Below, piece after piece: positions 12,761 through 25,253 of a DNA stretch of 64,000 nucleotides. Under the pieces are notes generated by a model, which had not been told where the DNA came from, did no database searches, and saw only the letters and a program-made list of their open reading frames with translations. The position numbers and the translations under genes were made by a program. The first letter of the stretch is position 1, and each line of letters begins with the position of its first letter. Origin of the DNA: Oculina patagonica (Eukaryota); the NCBI RefSeq assembly GCF_052425735.1, contig NC_135769.1, forward strand, positions 33,232,001-33,296,000, written 5' to 3'.

Positions 12761-14643
12761 GTAGCGGGCAGAAGTCGGTTCGTTCTGAATTTTTCAATAC
12801 GGTATACAAGTTACAGGTCAATAAACAGACGCTCTGTACAGTAAAAAACGTTTTGGGAACAAACCATTGTGAACACATTTTCTATGTTGATCAGTAAAAA
12901 TCCTTAGTACGACATGGGGTTTGTTATCAAGTTTGTTAGTACGTTAATACTGCAAGGTGTATAACCTCAGAGAATTATTATCAGTGTGTTTTGTTTTATT
13001 AGCGGTTTATACTCCAAGGTCTTGGAATGGGAGATCAAAATTAAGGCAAATTTCTGATATTATCTGATTGCTTGGCACAGATTAGTACGATACTGAATTG
13101 GTTAGGAAATTTAAACAAACATTAAATTGAATGAGAGTAGAAAGGGAGGGACAGGTGGGGGTGAAAGGCTAAGGAGATGGAAAGGGAGGGAGAATTAAAA
13201 TCCATGCTTGGTTATATCACGCAACCTTTGACTTCTGTTGTTTTCTCACAAGAACAAAAATTAAGATGGGGTTCTACCTGAATTTGAATGGAACTTTAAG
13301 AGATTTAAAGAAGGGATTGAAGAAAAGAATGGAAACACCTTCAAACAGTTGACCCCCTCGCAAGAGCACTCCGGGTTGTCAGGAGACTGTTTGGTGTCCG
13401 TCCACCAATTTTTAACTTCAAATTCAAATTTTAAAATCACATTAAATCTTCAATATTTCTTATTTGTCTACATTTTACTAATCCTTTGAGAAAAACTATC
13501 GCCTCCCAGACATCCCCTTTTTTGGATTCCTTGAAACGCGGCTGAAATGGTTTTCAGTGTTTTCCAGCCCTTATACTTTGGGTCAGTACTACTATTCTTC
13601 ACCAGTTTCTATTACAGTAATGGTATGAAACAAATACCTAATCATTGGTCAATAAGTTGTGATCATTTTCTTGACAATAGTACCTGATTAGGAGTTGTAT
13701 ACTGTTCCATTGAAGTGTAAGGACTGGAAAATACTGAAATGCGTCAGCCACCTAAAGCGTTGGAAAACTTGGTCTTCAGGTAAAACCCCGCCTTTATTAA
13801 AAGGCTGCACTTTGCTAAGTGTTACAAATTTATATTTTCTAGACGTCTAGTTCAATCGTTTATTTGTATTGTGCGAAATATATTTTTATAAATTGAGACC
13901 ATTTATGTCATTGAGTAATATTCCAGATTTTCATTATTAAATAGAAACACGAAAAATTCAAATTTGGGAAAACAAGCCTGTCAAAATGACGTTGCCATGG
14001 TGATTTCAAGTTACTGGCACAATAACTAATCCTACCAAATTATTGCGAGATAAATTTTCGATAAACGCGCAAAGTTTGGCAGCGTTTGGTTGAATCTTGA
14101 AAAAGTTATAAGCGTCAAAAGTCAGCGAGGGCCTCAAAAGCCCCCCCCCCCCCCGCCCCACCCTGGCCTGAATAGGTTTAAGTGACTGTTTTTGCAGTGA
14201 TTTTTACTGTACTGTACCCTGCCTTTCAAGTCAAAACAGATAGCTAATTATTAAGCGCCCGATTTTAAGCTTCTCAAGCTTCTCAAGCTTCTTGTTTTAG
14301 TATAGTTCCGTCTTTGGTTCCAGAGTTCAAACCAATTTGGAGTGATGGAAATTAATTGAAAAAAAAATTGAAAAAATTAATTAAATGACACATACGTACA
14401 TAATTAATATCAAAATTAATTATTATTCATGTTCTAAGATCAGGAAGCTCCTTTCAAAAGTTCAAACAACTATGATGTAGTAAAAGTGGATAACATCACT
14501 TTCCATAAATATCTACATGTGTTCGTTCATTAATTTGTGAACTTAATTGAAAGGAAACATATGCAGGTGTTCTTCTGGAATACAAAACTGTCTTTTTGTT
14601 GAATTTAAGAAGTTATGGCGGACAAAATGATATCACCTTAAGC

Positions 14644-14860
14644 ATGTTCTGTAGTGAGCTTAGATGACGAGAAATCCTACCAGCCCTCGAGCACCGAAGC
14701 GGAAAAACTGCGTTTCATATGCATCGCTAACAGTGTTTTGATCTCGTATTTGTTTTACACCGTCATTACTTCAAACAATGTTTGTCTTGAAATTCGTCGT
14801 TGTCATGGCTTGTACAAGCGCTAGGTTTGCTCCTTAGCCTTGCTTTATGTGACCTGACAA
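14644..14860 (+). pseudogene. Degenerate 5' remnant of a cluster GPCR
   Basis: Translates in pieces to YQPSSTEAEKLRFICIANSVLISYLFYTVI and LLLSLALCDL, matching gene 3 (YQPSSSEAESL..., LLLSLAVSDL); no continuous ORF. Confidence 0.7.
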
Positions 14861-15631
14861 TTACGATATAGCACAGTTTAAACTGTTTTTCAAGGCCCAA
14901 CAAATTTAATTAATATCCGAGGTTGGGTAAGCTCGTTATTACGCATCTTAAACGTACCTATTGACTTAGTGTTTCTCTCTAGTTTTCCTCTAGTTCAAAG
15001 TTCACTCTCATCGTGGCTTCCCAAATTATAATTTTTGTTGATGCCAAAGTTTTTCCGGCGACGAAGCCCCTTTAGCAACTCAAGATAGTATTTAATGATT
15101 TGTCATCAATCCGCAAATGAACGTTTTATTGAATGCATGAGACAAGTTCATATATATATATAGTCTGGCTTAATTACGTTCAATGCTTTTAGTCTAATGG
15201 ATCTTACTTACGATGCCGTTAAATTGAAATAAGCCTGTAGTTATTATTTTGGGGTGTACTGAAAAAGACCACAGCAGTTCTTCAGCTAGTTCTTTTTTTC
15301 CTGATTTCATGGTCTTTAGTCTTCTTTTGGAAAATCTTTTTTTAGTAAATGATAAAACACTGTGCCACTCACAAAACATCACAAAACAAATATTTTGCCT
15401 AACGACGATGTTTTTTTTTTGTTATTATTATGATGAAAAGGTAATGAGATTTGAACAAGTTTTGTCTATAAAGAGTTGGTCTTTGCACAGATTCAGGGGA
15501 GGAGACTCTTTTCATTTTAAAACAAGAAAATAGATTTATCCATGCTTAAAGATTTTTAAAAAAATCGTTTTTAAAAAGGTCCACGGAAGATTTTAAATGA
15601 TCATGACCAATGTCAAAACCATCCAGGGAAT

Positions 15632-16567
15632 ATGAGAAAAGCTTGGTGTGGTGCGTTACTGCAGTTCCTGCCATCAAGTGCCGAAGCTGACGATCTCTTC
15701 TCTTCGTTTATCGCCAATTGTGTTTTGAACGCTTTCTTATTTTACACAAACATCGTGTTGAACATTTTAACAATGCACGCATTGCGGAAAACGTCATCGC
15801 TGTTAGAGCCACGGCTAAAAGCTTTGCTCCTAAGTCTTGCTGTTTCTGATCTTGGTGTTGGTTTACTGGGTCAACCTTTTTACATCGCATTGCTGATTAT
15901 GGCGTCACAACAACAAGACCCTACATGTGCCACCAATACTGTCTATGTTATTATTTTAAACGCCTTTTGTGCAGCTTCGTTTTTGACCATCATGGCACTA
16001 AGTGTGGACAGATTTATGGCAATACAATTGCATCTGCGATACCAGGAACTCGTGACTCGCAAGCGCGTTGTTGCTGTGGTGATCTCAATCTGGGTGTCAA
16101 TCTGGGTGTTATGTGCCACTTTCTATCCGTTAGCATTTACTTTACTGCACCCGAACATTGTTCACTTTATCGTAGTTGCAATAGGAACAGCTTGTCTTTT
16201 GGTTGCTTCCGTGGTATCTTTGAAGATTTATTTGGTTGTACGGCGGCACAAAAGACAAATTCAAGCCCAGCTTCAACAACTAGCACAGAATGGTGAATTA
16301 GCAAATATTGCGAGTCTCAGAAAATCTGCAGTCAGTATTTTCTATCTATACCTCGTGTTTTTAGTTTGCTATTTGCCTCAGTTTTGCATGTTAACTTTCA
16401 TTATAATACACGGCCAAACTATGGCTACAAAGCAGTTATTAACCTTCACATTGACAGTTGTATTTTTTAAATCATCTTTGAACCCTGTTATCTGTTTTTG
16501 GAAGATAAAGCATATCCGCCGTAATGTAATTATCACTTTTCGGAATATATTTCCAAGTCAAAACTGA
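15632..16567 (+). CDS. Intronless class A GPCR (gene 4), atypical TM4/TM7
   Basis: 311 aa; family motifs; 12-bp in-frame duplication in TM4; TM7 reads FKSSLNPVICFW. Confidence 0.9.
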   Translation: MRKAWCGALLQFLPSSAEADDLFSSFIANCVLNAFLFYTNIVLNILTMHALRKTSSLLEPRLKALLLSLAVSDLGVGLLGQPFYIALLIMASQQQDPTCATNTVYVIILNAFCAASFLTIMALSVDRFMAIQLHLRYQELVTRKRVVAVVISIWVSIWVLCATFYPLAFTLLHPNIVHFIVVAIGTACLLVASVVSLKIYLVVRRHKRQIQAQLQQLAQNGELANIASLRKSAVSIFYLYLVFLVCYLPQFCMLTFIIIHGQTMATKQLLTFTLTVVFFKSSLNPVICFWKIKHIRRNVIITFRNIFPSQN

Positions 16568-18020
16568 GTATTTACTGAACGCCATGAAAATACGTCATAT
16601 TTAGAACCTTCTAGTCGTACAGTTTCTGTGGTCATCTGAATGCAGTTCTGCTTTACAGAAATGACATTTGATGTTGGAGAAATGATAGACGCTATAGCTA
16701 CTTTAAGATTCGCATAATTTTCCAAATGATCTTAACGGTCAATAAGGTTCATATCATAGTGCTAAAAGACTCAAAAAATGTATATTCCAGGTTGCGGTAA
16801 TTTAATGCCAAATATACCAACGATGTTAAACTTTTATATTAAAATATAGTATATTCATCTTTGTAGGTTTCAGTTTAATGTCACCTTCTCGGTGAGGCAT
16901 TGGTGCCTAACATGCTCTAACTACTCTTAAAAATATATTTCATTTAACGTATATTATATTTAGCCAAATGTCCATCCTCAAACAACAATACTCAGATCAA
17001 TTCAAAGTTTAGAGAGCTCATAAAAAGCCTTTCAATTAAAGCTTAGGATATCAGCACTTTCGATGTATGCTTTAGAACATAAAACTAATAATGGATGTTT
17101 GATTTGAAATGTCTGAGCTGCTCTGCATTTCAACTTAATTGGACAGAAAGGCTCCAACTCGCACGGATAGACTCTCTTGCGTTTGTTTACTGAGAAAAAA
17201 CGAACACGACTGATAATCGCAGCCTTGAGTATAAAGCTAAAAATAACAGAAACTCACACTAGGATTCCATCTCGACAGAATCGAACGACACTCGACATGG
17301 AAATGCGAGTTTAATGGCAGCGAAACAATATTGAGCTTCAATTTGGAAACGATTTCTTAAGCAGCAACTTTAATTAATTGAAGAGTTCCAAGGTTGGCGG
17401 TTGTTTTCACCAGGCACCGTTCCTTCGCCATAATTTCTTGTATTAGCTACATACCCATGTTATGTGACTGGACTAACTTGTTTTTAAAGTTTATACCTGC
17501 TGTGTGCACACCGATGTGACAGTGTAATGTTAGTTTTGTCTTTAAAATTTATAAAGCACTTTTCCAGATTTTAATTAAAAGTTGGAGTGTGCATGTCTTT
17601 AATGACAGCTCGGATAAAACTGAATTGTCATACACTTAAATGTTTTACCATTTTTTTTTCTTGTTTCGTCCGGTTTTACGTTAGTAAGCCCTGAAATATA
17701 CATTGAAATTAAGATATCCTACATCATAAATATATTCATTTCCGATCGTTTAAGAAAACGCTTAGTTAATAAAAGCTTCCGACGTCTAAGGCAAATGTAG
17801 TTGGTATTGAAATGTGACGTATTTACTCTTGTTAAATATTCTCATTTGCATATTTCAGTAGAGAGGTTTACAATCTTATAAGCAGGTGTCTGATTTGTTC
17901 ATTCCGCTTAACATTTCAACAAAGCTAGCAGCTCTTGTTGATATATTGTCTACCAGAAATTTCGATATCTTTGAGTTGAAAAAAGGACACCAACACTAGT
18001 TTTTCTTAAAAGAATACATT

Positions 18021-18944
18021 ATGAAAGATTCATTTTGTGATGCATCGCTGCAACACTTGCCTTCAAGTTCCAAAGTGGATAGCTCATACTCGACATACAT
18101 CATGAACTGTGTCTTCAACGCTTTGTTTTCATGTACCGCCATCGTGTTCAACCTTATAACTATCCTCGCCATACGAAAAACTTTGTCGCTGTCAAAGCCT
18201 TTAAAAACACTGCTCATGTGCCTTGCTGTGTCAGATCTCTGTGTTGGTTTATTTGGCCAGCCTTACTACATGGCATTGCTGATAATGGCGTTACTACAGA
18301 CTAATAGTGGCTGTGTCGCCAATACCACTTTCCTTAGTATTTTGGGCGTGTTCTGTTCAGCTTCGTTTCTAAGTATCATGGCTTTAACTGGAGACAGGTT
18401 TGCGGCGGTTCAGTTTCATTTACGATACCAGCAAATTGTGACTCACAAACGTGTAATTGTTACAGTGATCTTAATATGGTTATTTAGCGCTTTCACTCCG
18501 TTGTTATATCTTTCGATTAACCCAGATGTTATTCACCTCGTGTATGCTATTAATGGAATGGTTTTCCTTGCTGGCATATCTCTAGTATATTTGAAGATAT
18601 ATTTAATTGTACGGAGACATAAAAATCAAATTCATTCCCAATTACAACAAGTAGCACAGAATAGAGGAATAGCTAATATTGCAAGTGTAAGTAAATCTGC
18701 CGTCAGCATGTTCTATGTATACCTCGTATTTCTTGTTTGTTACTGTCCGCATTTTTGTGCCATTACTGCTGCTATAATTTACGGTCCGGGAACACGAAGC
18801 GTTCTCAGTGATTGTTTAATCTTCACATTGACAGTGGTATTTCTTAGTTCGACGATGAACCCAATTGTTTATTGTTGGAAAATGAGAAACATTCGACGCT
18901 CTGTGGTAAACATCATTCAAAGTATGTTCCCAAGTCTAAACTAA
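18021..18944 (+). CDS. Intronless class A GPCR (gene 5), most divergent member
   Basis: 307 aa; CLAVSDL, GDRF, HLRY, CYCP, MNPIVY. Confidence 0.92.
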   Translation: MKDSFCDASLQHLPSSSKVDSSYSTYIMNCVFNALFSCTAIVFNLITILAIRKTLSLSKPLKTLLMCLAVSDLCVGLFGQPYYMALLIMALLQTNSGCVANTTFLSILGVFCSASFLSIMALTGDRFAAVQFHLRYQQIVTHKRVIVTVILIWLFSAFTPLLYLSINPDVIHLVYAINGMVFLAGISLVYLKIYLIVRRHKNQIHSQLQQVAQNRGIANIASVSKSAVSMFYVYLVFLVCYCPHFCAITAAIIYGPGTRSVLSDCLIFTLTVVFLSSTMNPIVYCWKMRNIRRSVVNIIQSMFPSLN

Positions 18945-19168
18945 TCATCAAATCAAAGGCACCATTTCTTTGCCTCGCCAACTTATTCTATAGAAGCTTC
19001 CAAGGTCTTCTTAGTGTTTGTTATCCTGAAACACCACTGTGGAGGTTGAAGTAGATGTCACGATCTTATATAGCACTATACACTCTATACAACGTGCGCA
19101 CTCTGTAAGTTAAACTTACGCTAAGGCATGATCAGCTAGTTGGCAAATGCAATTATTGTCCACTGTTA

Positions 19169-19448
19169 GAGCAGTTTTCAATTGAGTGTCGTAAAACCAA
19201 AACCAAAGTAATTACTCCGGCCAATCACAGAGGACACAGACAATCCAGTGAACCAATCAAAACTCGAAGCAAATACATGTAATTGGCACGAAGCGCGGGA
19301 AAACGTGCGGAGCGAGTCACGATTGGTTTTGGTTTTAGTTCTGATTGGCTGAGAAAGTGGCGCGATATTTTTTAGCCAATCACTAAGCGTAGTAATGCAA
19401 AACCAAAGCAAACGCAATTTACTTTTGACACTCAAGTGAAAACCGCTC
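19169..19448. mobile_element. MITE with TA flanks
   Basis: TA|GAGCAGTTTTCA ... TGAAAACCGCTC|TA; internal CCAATCA and AAAACCAAA repeats. Confidence 0.8.
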
Positions 19449-19449
19449 T

Positions 19450-19809
19450 AGTCAGCAAATGCAACTAATAGCCTGCTGTAGTTAGCAAATAAAAATATTG
19501 GCCACGTTTGGTCAGCAAATTGAATGTTTGACCAGTTTTAAACAGCAAATGGTACTATTTAGCAGTTGTTGCCAGCAAATGGAACTATTGACCAATTTTA
19601 ATCAGCAAATGGAACTATTGACCAATTGGACCAGCAAATTGAACTATTGACCAGATGTGATCAGCAAATTGAACTATTGACCAGTTGGATCAGCAAATTG
19701 AACTTTTGGCCAGTTTTGGTCAACAAATTGAATGATTGACTACTTGTAATCAGAAAATGGAACTATTTTCCAGTTGTGGCCAGCAAATCGAACTATTGAC
19801 CAATTTTAA
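19450..19809. repeat. 30-bp minisatellite, left part
   Basis: ~12 units of CAGCAAATGGAACTATTGACCAGTTGTGGN. Confidence 0.9.
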
Positions 19810-22188
19810 GTGGCGATGTCCTTTAAAGCGGACCATCGCATTTTGGGTCGGAAGGAAGTTTTCCTTCAAACTTTGCCCAGTGAACTATCTTGGTTTATAA
19901 GTAAATGTAACGGCATTAGTTTTTTGAAATACGTTAAAATGTTTTTTTTTTCAGAGCCTATAACAGCTAAGGCGACTAAAAGGCTAAATTTTGATGGTCG
20001 CTACAACGAAAAACTGCACAAGTTGACGAGCTCGGCACACAAAAACCGCCGACCGCAACAGAAAACTATTATAATCCCATGAAAGGTGGTCCTTAAAGGG
20101 TTGTGAAATCATGTTTGTTTTAATATTTTTTTAAATTTTCAGGTTTGGAAAAATTTATGTCTCAACATCCGTCAGATCGCTTTTTATAAACATGCCAATG
20201 TACCCTGACTTTGCTGGCCTTTAATTTCCAAGTCCAGACCAGACCATTCTAAATTCCACCTGAATTCTACTAAATGGATGCCAGGGAGCACAGAAATCTA
20301 AAAATACCTTGCACTTCTTACCTTCTTTCGTCACAGCGACTTCTAACGTTTCGTGTTTTAAGCGAATTTTTCACACACATTATGCAAATGAGGTTGTAAA
20401 CCCAACTACGGTTGTTTTCAATAAAAACGGTTAAATTGTAAAATTTCGACATTGTAGGTGAAAATTACAAGGAGTTTTATAGAAAGAAAACTTGCAAATG
20501 ATATGAGTGGTTAAAATTGACGAATTAAGTTGTCTTGAACTTTGCATGCTTTTAAGACAAATGTCACAATTGATTTGCAAAATGTGTTGTCTGCTGAACT
20601 TTGACCGATGTTTTCAAACAAACCGTTCTAACTTTTTGGAACTCGCTGTTTTTCATTTAAAAAGGGAAGAACAAATAAGTTCTTACTAAATCTGAAAGCG
20701 TTCAAGGTGTAATATTTGAAAATTCCTTCAGTTTTAACTGGTCTAACAAGTTGGAGTGATGTAACTCTTAAAATAAACAATTTGTGACCTTGTATTTCAG
20801 TTGACATGTTTTGTTGCCACTTTATAAAGTTGCAGTTTTAGTTAGTTAATCTGCTGTTCAAAGTCACTTTCATAAACTTGTTTTGCATAAAGCAGCAATC
20901 ATTTTTCCTAGCCAGAATTCCCGCGGTCTTTATGATCACTTTCTTCCTTAAGCTTCCTTAGCGCTTTACAACTTTATTTGCGTGACTTTTCGTGTTTCAT
21001 GCAAACAAGATTTGCGTCGGCAAAACCCGACGGTTCGTACCGTCAAAATTCTATTGCCACAATTCACGTTACCAGCTGTAAGGATGTCCAAAGACATTTG
21101 AAATTGTCACTCTGTAACTAGTTTTATTCATAGTTTAGTGTATAGTGTGGTATAATGGCACGAATTTTTAAATTAATGTTTGAGACAGTTCTCGGATAAG
21201 TATTGTCACTGTGATAATGTAATTAGTTTGAGCCAAAGTTTTGTAATTGGCTCCAAAAATAAAATTTCAAAACAAGATGTCGAGCTTTTTGTCGCAAACG
21301 GGAAAGTGTGGCGATTCACGAGGCGTTTCAGGTCTTTTCTGCTTGCTTCAGTGCGATGAATCGATAGACAGCCACCTCGCTAATTTTTATAACTGTTGAA
21401 ACCCCTCCGGCCCTTTCTTAGGTTTTTTTGCCTTTGCAATTAGGGGTGGAGCATAAGATGATTTATGGGGGAGGGTGTATATCCCAAAAGAAAGCAAAGA
21501 CCCGAAAAAATTTCTAGCGAGCACCAAAAAATATCTTGTCAGGCTGTAAGAAAATAAAAAAAAAACGAGCATCTAAAATTCATGCCCCCTCCTCCATCCC
21601 CCCGCCCTATAAAAAATCTAACAGTCCTTAGGCTATCAGCCTTGACTAATCAGACTATTCGGTTTCTATTGTCCCTTATCTCTACTAAGTGTACTTAGTA
21701 CTTACTATTTCTACTTAGTGCCTGTTTACAAGCAGGTAGGGTAACCCTAGTGCTAGGGTTTCCCAGGCAGGAGGGTTACCCTAGCGTTCCCACATTTCAT
21801 CTTTTTTTCATCGACGTGTTTACAAGGCAGCTAGGGTTACCCTAGCACTAGGGTAACCCTTGCTGAGCGCTAAGGTTACCCTAGCGCCTTGTAAACGCTC
21901 TGCTAGGGATAACTCACCTACCCGGGACAACTTTATTTTGGCTCCAACAAGCTAAATTTGTTTAAAAATACCGAAAAGCCATAAGGTGCGTTTGTTCGAA
22001 ATATTTAAACTTGAACCTCCTTTTAAATACCTAAATAACCAATATCCCTTCGCTTTCATTTACCTAAACTTGTGAGATTCCTACTCTTACATACCTAAAG
22101 CATGAAAATGGTACCCCTTTCGGACGGAGCCTCCCCGTTTAGGCCATTATGGGGGTAGCCCTTCCCTCCTGAGGGCGGGGGGGGGGGG

Positions 22189-22900
22189 TCAGAGACGTTT
22201 CTGGTTATAATCTTAGAGGTAGTTGTGCAAACTGAAATTTGTTTAAGGTGCGGTAGCACATCTAAAAATGAAAACTGAATGGATATGCAAAAAAGTCGAA
22301 AGAAACTAGACGAAGAACCAGGCGATTAGTTTTGAACAGATTAGTTATAATTGTTTGGCCGTGTCACGCTAGTTTCCGTTTTGACCGATTTGATCTAAAT
22401 TTGTGTCAAGAAAACAGACAAGTGCTTTTTGAGTAGAGATTTTCTATGAAAAGTATTTTATTTGCAATGAGAAAGAGTTTTTTTTCTTTTTTTGGAAAAG
22501 AATGACATAATCTCAAGGTGTAGTAAATTGTACCGTGTAGTGGCAACAGGGATCAGAGACGTTCTTGTTATAAGCTTAGAGGTAGTTGTGCAAACTGAAA
22601 TTTGTATAAGGTGTGGTAGCACATCTAAACATGAAAATCAAATGGATAAGCAAAAAAGTCGAACGAACCTAGATAAAGAACCACGCGATCGCGATTAGTT
22701 CTGAACAGATTAGGTATAAATTACTGGCCGTGTCACGTCAGTTTCCGTTTTGTCACCGTGAAAGTCGCCCCAGTGATCTATAAAGTTTGAGTCCAGGAAA
22801 CAGACTTGAAAGTATTTTTTTCAGTAGAGTATTTCTATGAAAAGTATTTCATTTGCAATGAGGCAGTATTTTTATTTCCTTTTACGGAGGAGAATATATC
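22189..22900. repeat. ~365-bp tandem duplication inside the foldback element
   Basis: TCAGAGACGTT..TTAGAGGTAGTTGTGCAAACTGAAATTTG at 22189 and 22553. Confidence 0.85.
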
Positions 22901-23084
22901 TCGAGCAGTGGGATGATAATTAAACGTCGATATCCACGGGTTTGTGAGTATAAGATGTATGTAAATAAAATTAAGTTCGCACGAGCGAGCTTTTGTGTTA
23001 AAATAACCTACTGATACACAGAGTAATACTAAAATTTACTGATATCTTTGTATGTAACAAAGAAGTTAAAAACGAAATTCATTA

Positions 23085-23225
23085 GAGTGATTTCAGTTAA
23101 CCCGTGAAATAGCTATTACACTTTTAGATACTATTAGAGACTAATTCCATTGTTTTCTTTTGTTTAGTTTAGACTATTACGCACAAACTGGTAAATATTG
23201 TTTCACGGGTTAATTGCAATCACCC
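23085..23225. mobile_element. Small MITE-like inverted repeat
   Basis: GAGTGATTTCAGTTAACCCGTGAAA ... TTTCACGGGTTAATTGCAATCACCC with TA flanks. Confidence 0.55.
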
Positions 23226-24263
23226 TAGGAAGAAAGGCAATTAGGGCCACAAAGTACCGTCCTCAGCTACGGTAACAGGATAAATTATTTTTTTTAATTT
23301 CGTACATTGATGTCAGTAATTAAATTAAAATAAAGGAATCCTAGATTTCAATGTGTGATGGCTAAAATTGAACTTATTACATACTGAGAAAATGTTCAGA
23401 TTCCAAAAGTAACAAAACTGTTAACTTAACAATAGAAATCAGCAAAACCTACGAGTACACAATCCAACTAGTAAGTTTACCTGACCAAGTTTAGCAGACA
23501 GCGAAACTGCATAATTAATTCGTAACAAATTCAAAGTTCCAGGACGAATAATTCGCCGTTTTTAACCGCTTAAAACGTTTGCAAGTGATCGTTCTGTGAA
23601 ATGACTTGAATTTTTGACTTGCAATGCTGTAAGTCAACGATTAAACCGTTTTTGTTAAAAACAACCGTTGCTCGGTTTACAGCCTCATTTGCATAATGTG
23701 TGTGAAAAATTCGCTTAAAACACGAAAAGTTGGAAGTCGCTGTGACGAAAGAAGGTAAAAAGTGCAAGGTATTTTTAGATTACTGTCCTCCCTGGCATCC
23801 ATTTAGTAGAATTCAGGTGGAATTTAGAATGGTCTGGTCTGGACTTGGAAATTAAAGGCCAGCAAAGTCAGGGTATATTGGCATGTTTATAAAAAGCGAT
23901 CTGACGGATGTTGAGACATAAATTTTTCCAAACCTGAAAATTTAAAAAAATATTAAAACAAACATGATTTCACAACCCTTTAAGGACCACCTTTCATGGG
24001 ATTATAATAGTTTTCTGTTGCGGTCAGCGGTTTTTGTGTGCCGAGCTCGTCAACTTGTGCAGTTTTTCGTTGTAGCGACCATCAAAATTTAGCCTTTTAG
24101 TCGCCTTGGCTGTTATAGGCTCTGAAAAACACATTTTAACGTATTTCAAAAAACTAATGCCGTTACATTTACTTATAAACCAAGATAGTTCACTGGGCAA
24201 AGTTTGAAGGAAAACTTCCTTCCGACCCGAAATGCGATGGTCCGCTTTAAAGGACATCGCCAC

Positions 24264-24552
24264 TTAATCAGCAAATGGAACTATTGATCAATTGTGGCCA
24301 GCAAATAAACTGTTGATCATTATGGCCAGCAAATAAAATGATTGACTAGTTGTAATCAGAAAATGGACCTATTGACCAGTTGTGAGCTATTGGTCATTGA
24401 TGGTCAACAAATGGAACTACTGACCTGTGACTGAATGGAGCTGATAATCAAATAGTACTACTCAATGTCTGTGGTCAAAAACGGATTGATTGGCTAGTTG
24501 TAGTTCGTAGATGGAACTATTGCCCAGTTTTGGTCAGCATATTGGAACTACA
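24264..24552. repeat. 30-bp minisatellite, right part
   Basis: Same unit resumes in phase after the 19810-24263 element and then decays. Confidence 0.85.
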
Positions 24553-25208
24553 TATATACTGGCCCAAGGTGGGAGGGAGGAGGGATGTTTATTTGTAAGG
24601 GGGTCTGCAAATGAAACTTTAGAGTTATATTCTATTATCTATACCATGCTGTAGAAAATACAGCCAATCAGATTAAAGGAAAGCCCTTGTATATTTGACG
24701 GTATTCAATTCAACCTTCCCTTCGTGCGCTGCGATCTTATTCTCGACGAAATTAAGTAAGCGTATTTTCTATGGCATGGTATAAAATAGTTACACAACAC
24801 CTTCTCGTAGTATACTATGGAATATCCCGCTTTCACTTGTATTTTCTAAAGGCTTGTGTGTATACCGAGAAAATACAAGTGACTCGTGGTATATTCCATA
24901 CCACTCGAAAGCGTTGCATAACTAGTATGTATATATATGTATAAGAAAATATGTTGTCTTGAGTAATGACAAGGGAAAACTTCGTCCACGCATTTTTAAT
25001 GTTGTCGATTTGGCATTTCTTATTTATGATAAGACACCTGGAAAATGTCGAAAATAAACAGTGTTTATTCAATCAGTTTTCTGGCTTTTCTTTACTCCAT
25101 TTATTTCAGTTTGTCAGTACTCGCTTTATCATATTTAGAAACACTTTATGAATAAACATAGTAAACTGGGTTTCGACAACCTGAGAGGAAGTCATATTCA
25201 GAGTCACT

Positions 25209-25253
25209 TGATTCTGAAGATGACTTCTGCTCAGGTTGTCGAAACGTCAGTCA
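25209..25253 (+). ncRNA. Hammerhead ribozyme in a short non-coding Penelope-type repeat (~25170-25312)
   Basis: TGATT-CTGAAGA-T-GAC...GTC-GAAA-CGTC-AGTCA; preceded by an inverted copy at 25170-25206. Confidence 0.78.

Larger units (their letters stand above)
19810..24263. mobile_element. 4.45-kb foldback-like non-autonomous element with >600-bp TIRs, inserted at TTAA
   Basis: 19810-~20450 is the near-exact reverse complement of ~23620-24263; TTAA at 19806-19809 and 24264-24267; minisatellite phase is restored on removal. Confidence 0.92.

Noticed and set aside
19450-19809. Regular 30-bp repeats as a CRISPR array
   Set aside because: Contiguous degenerate units with no unique spacers, eukaryotic context and no cas genes.
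19810-24263. Twin ORFs MAMSFKADHR on opposite strands as genes
   Set aside because: They are by-products of the inverted repeats, start at GTG and have no recognisable motifs.
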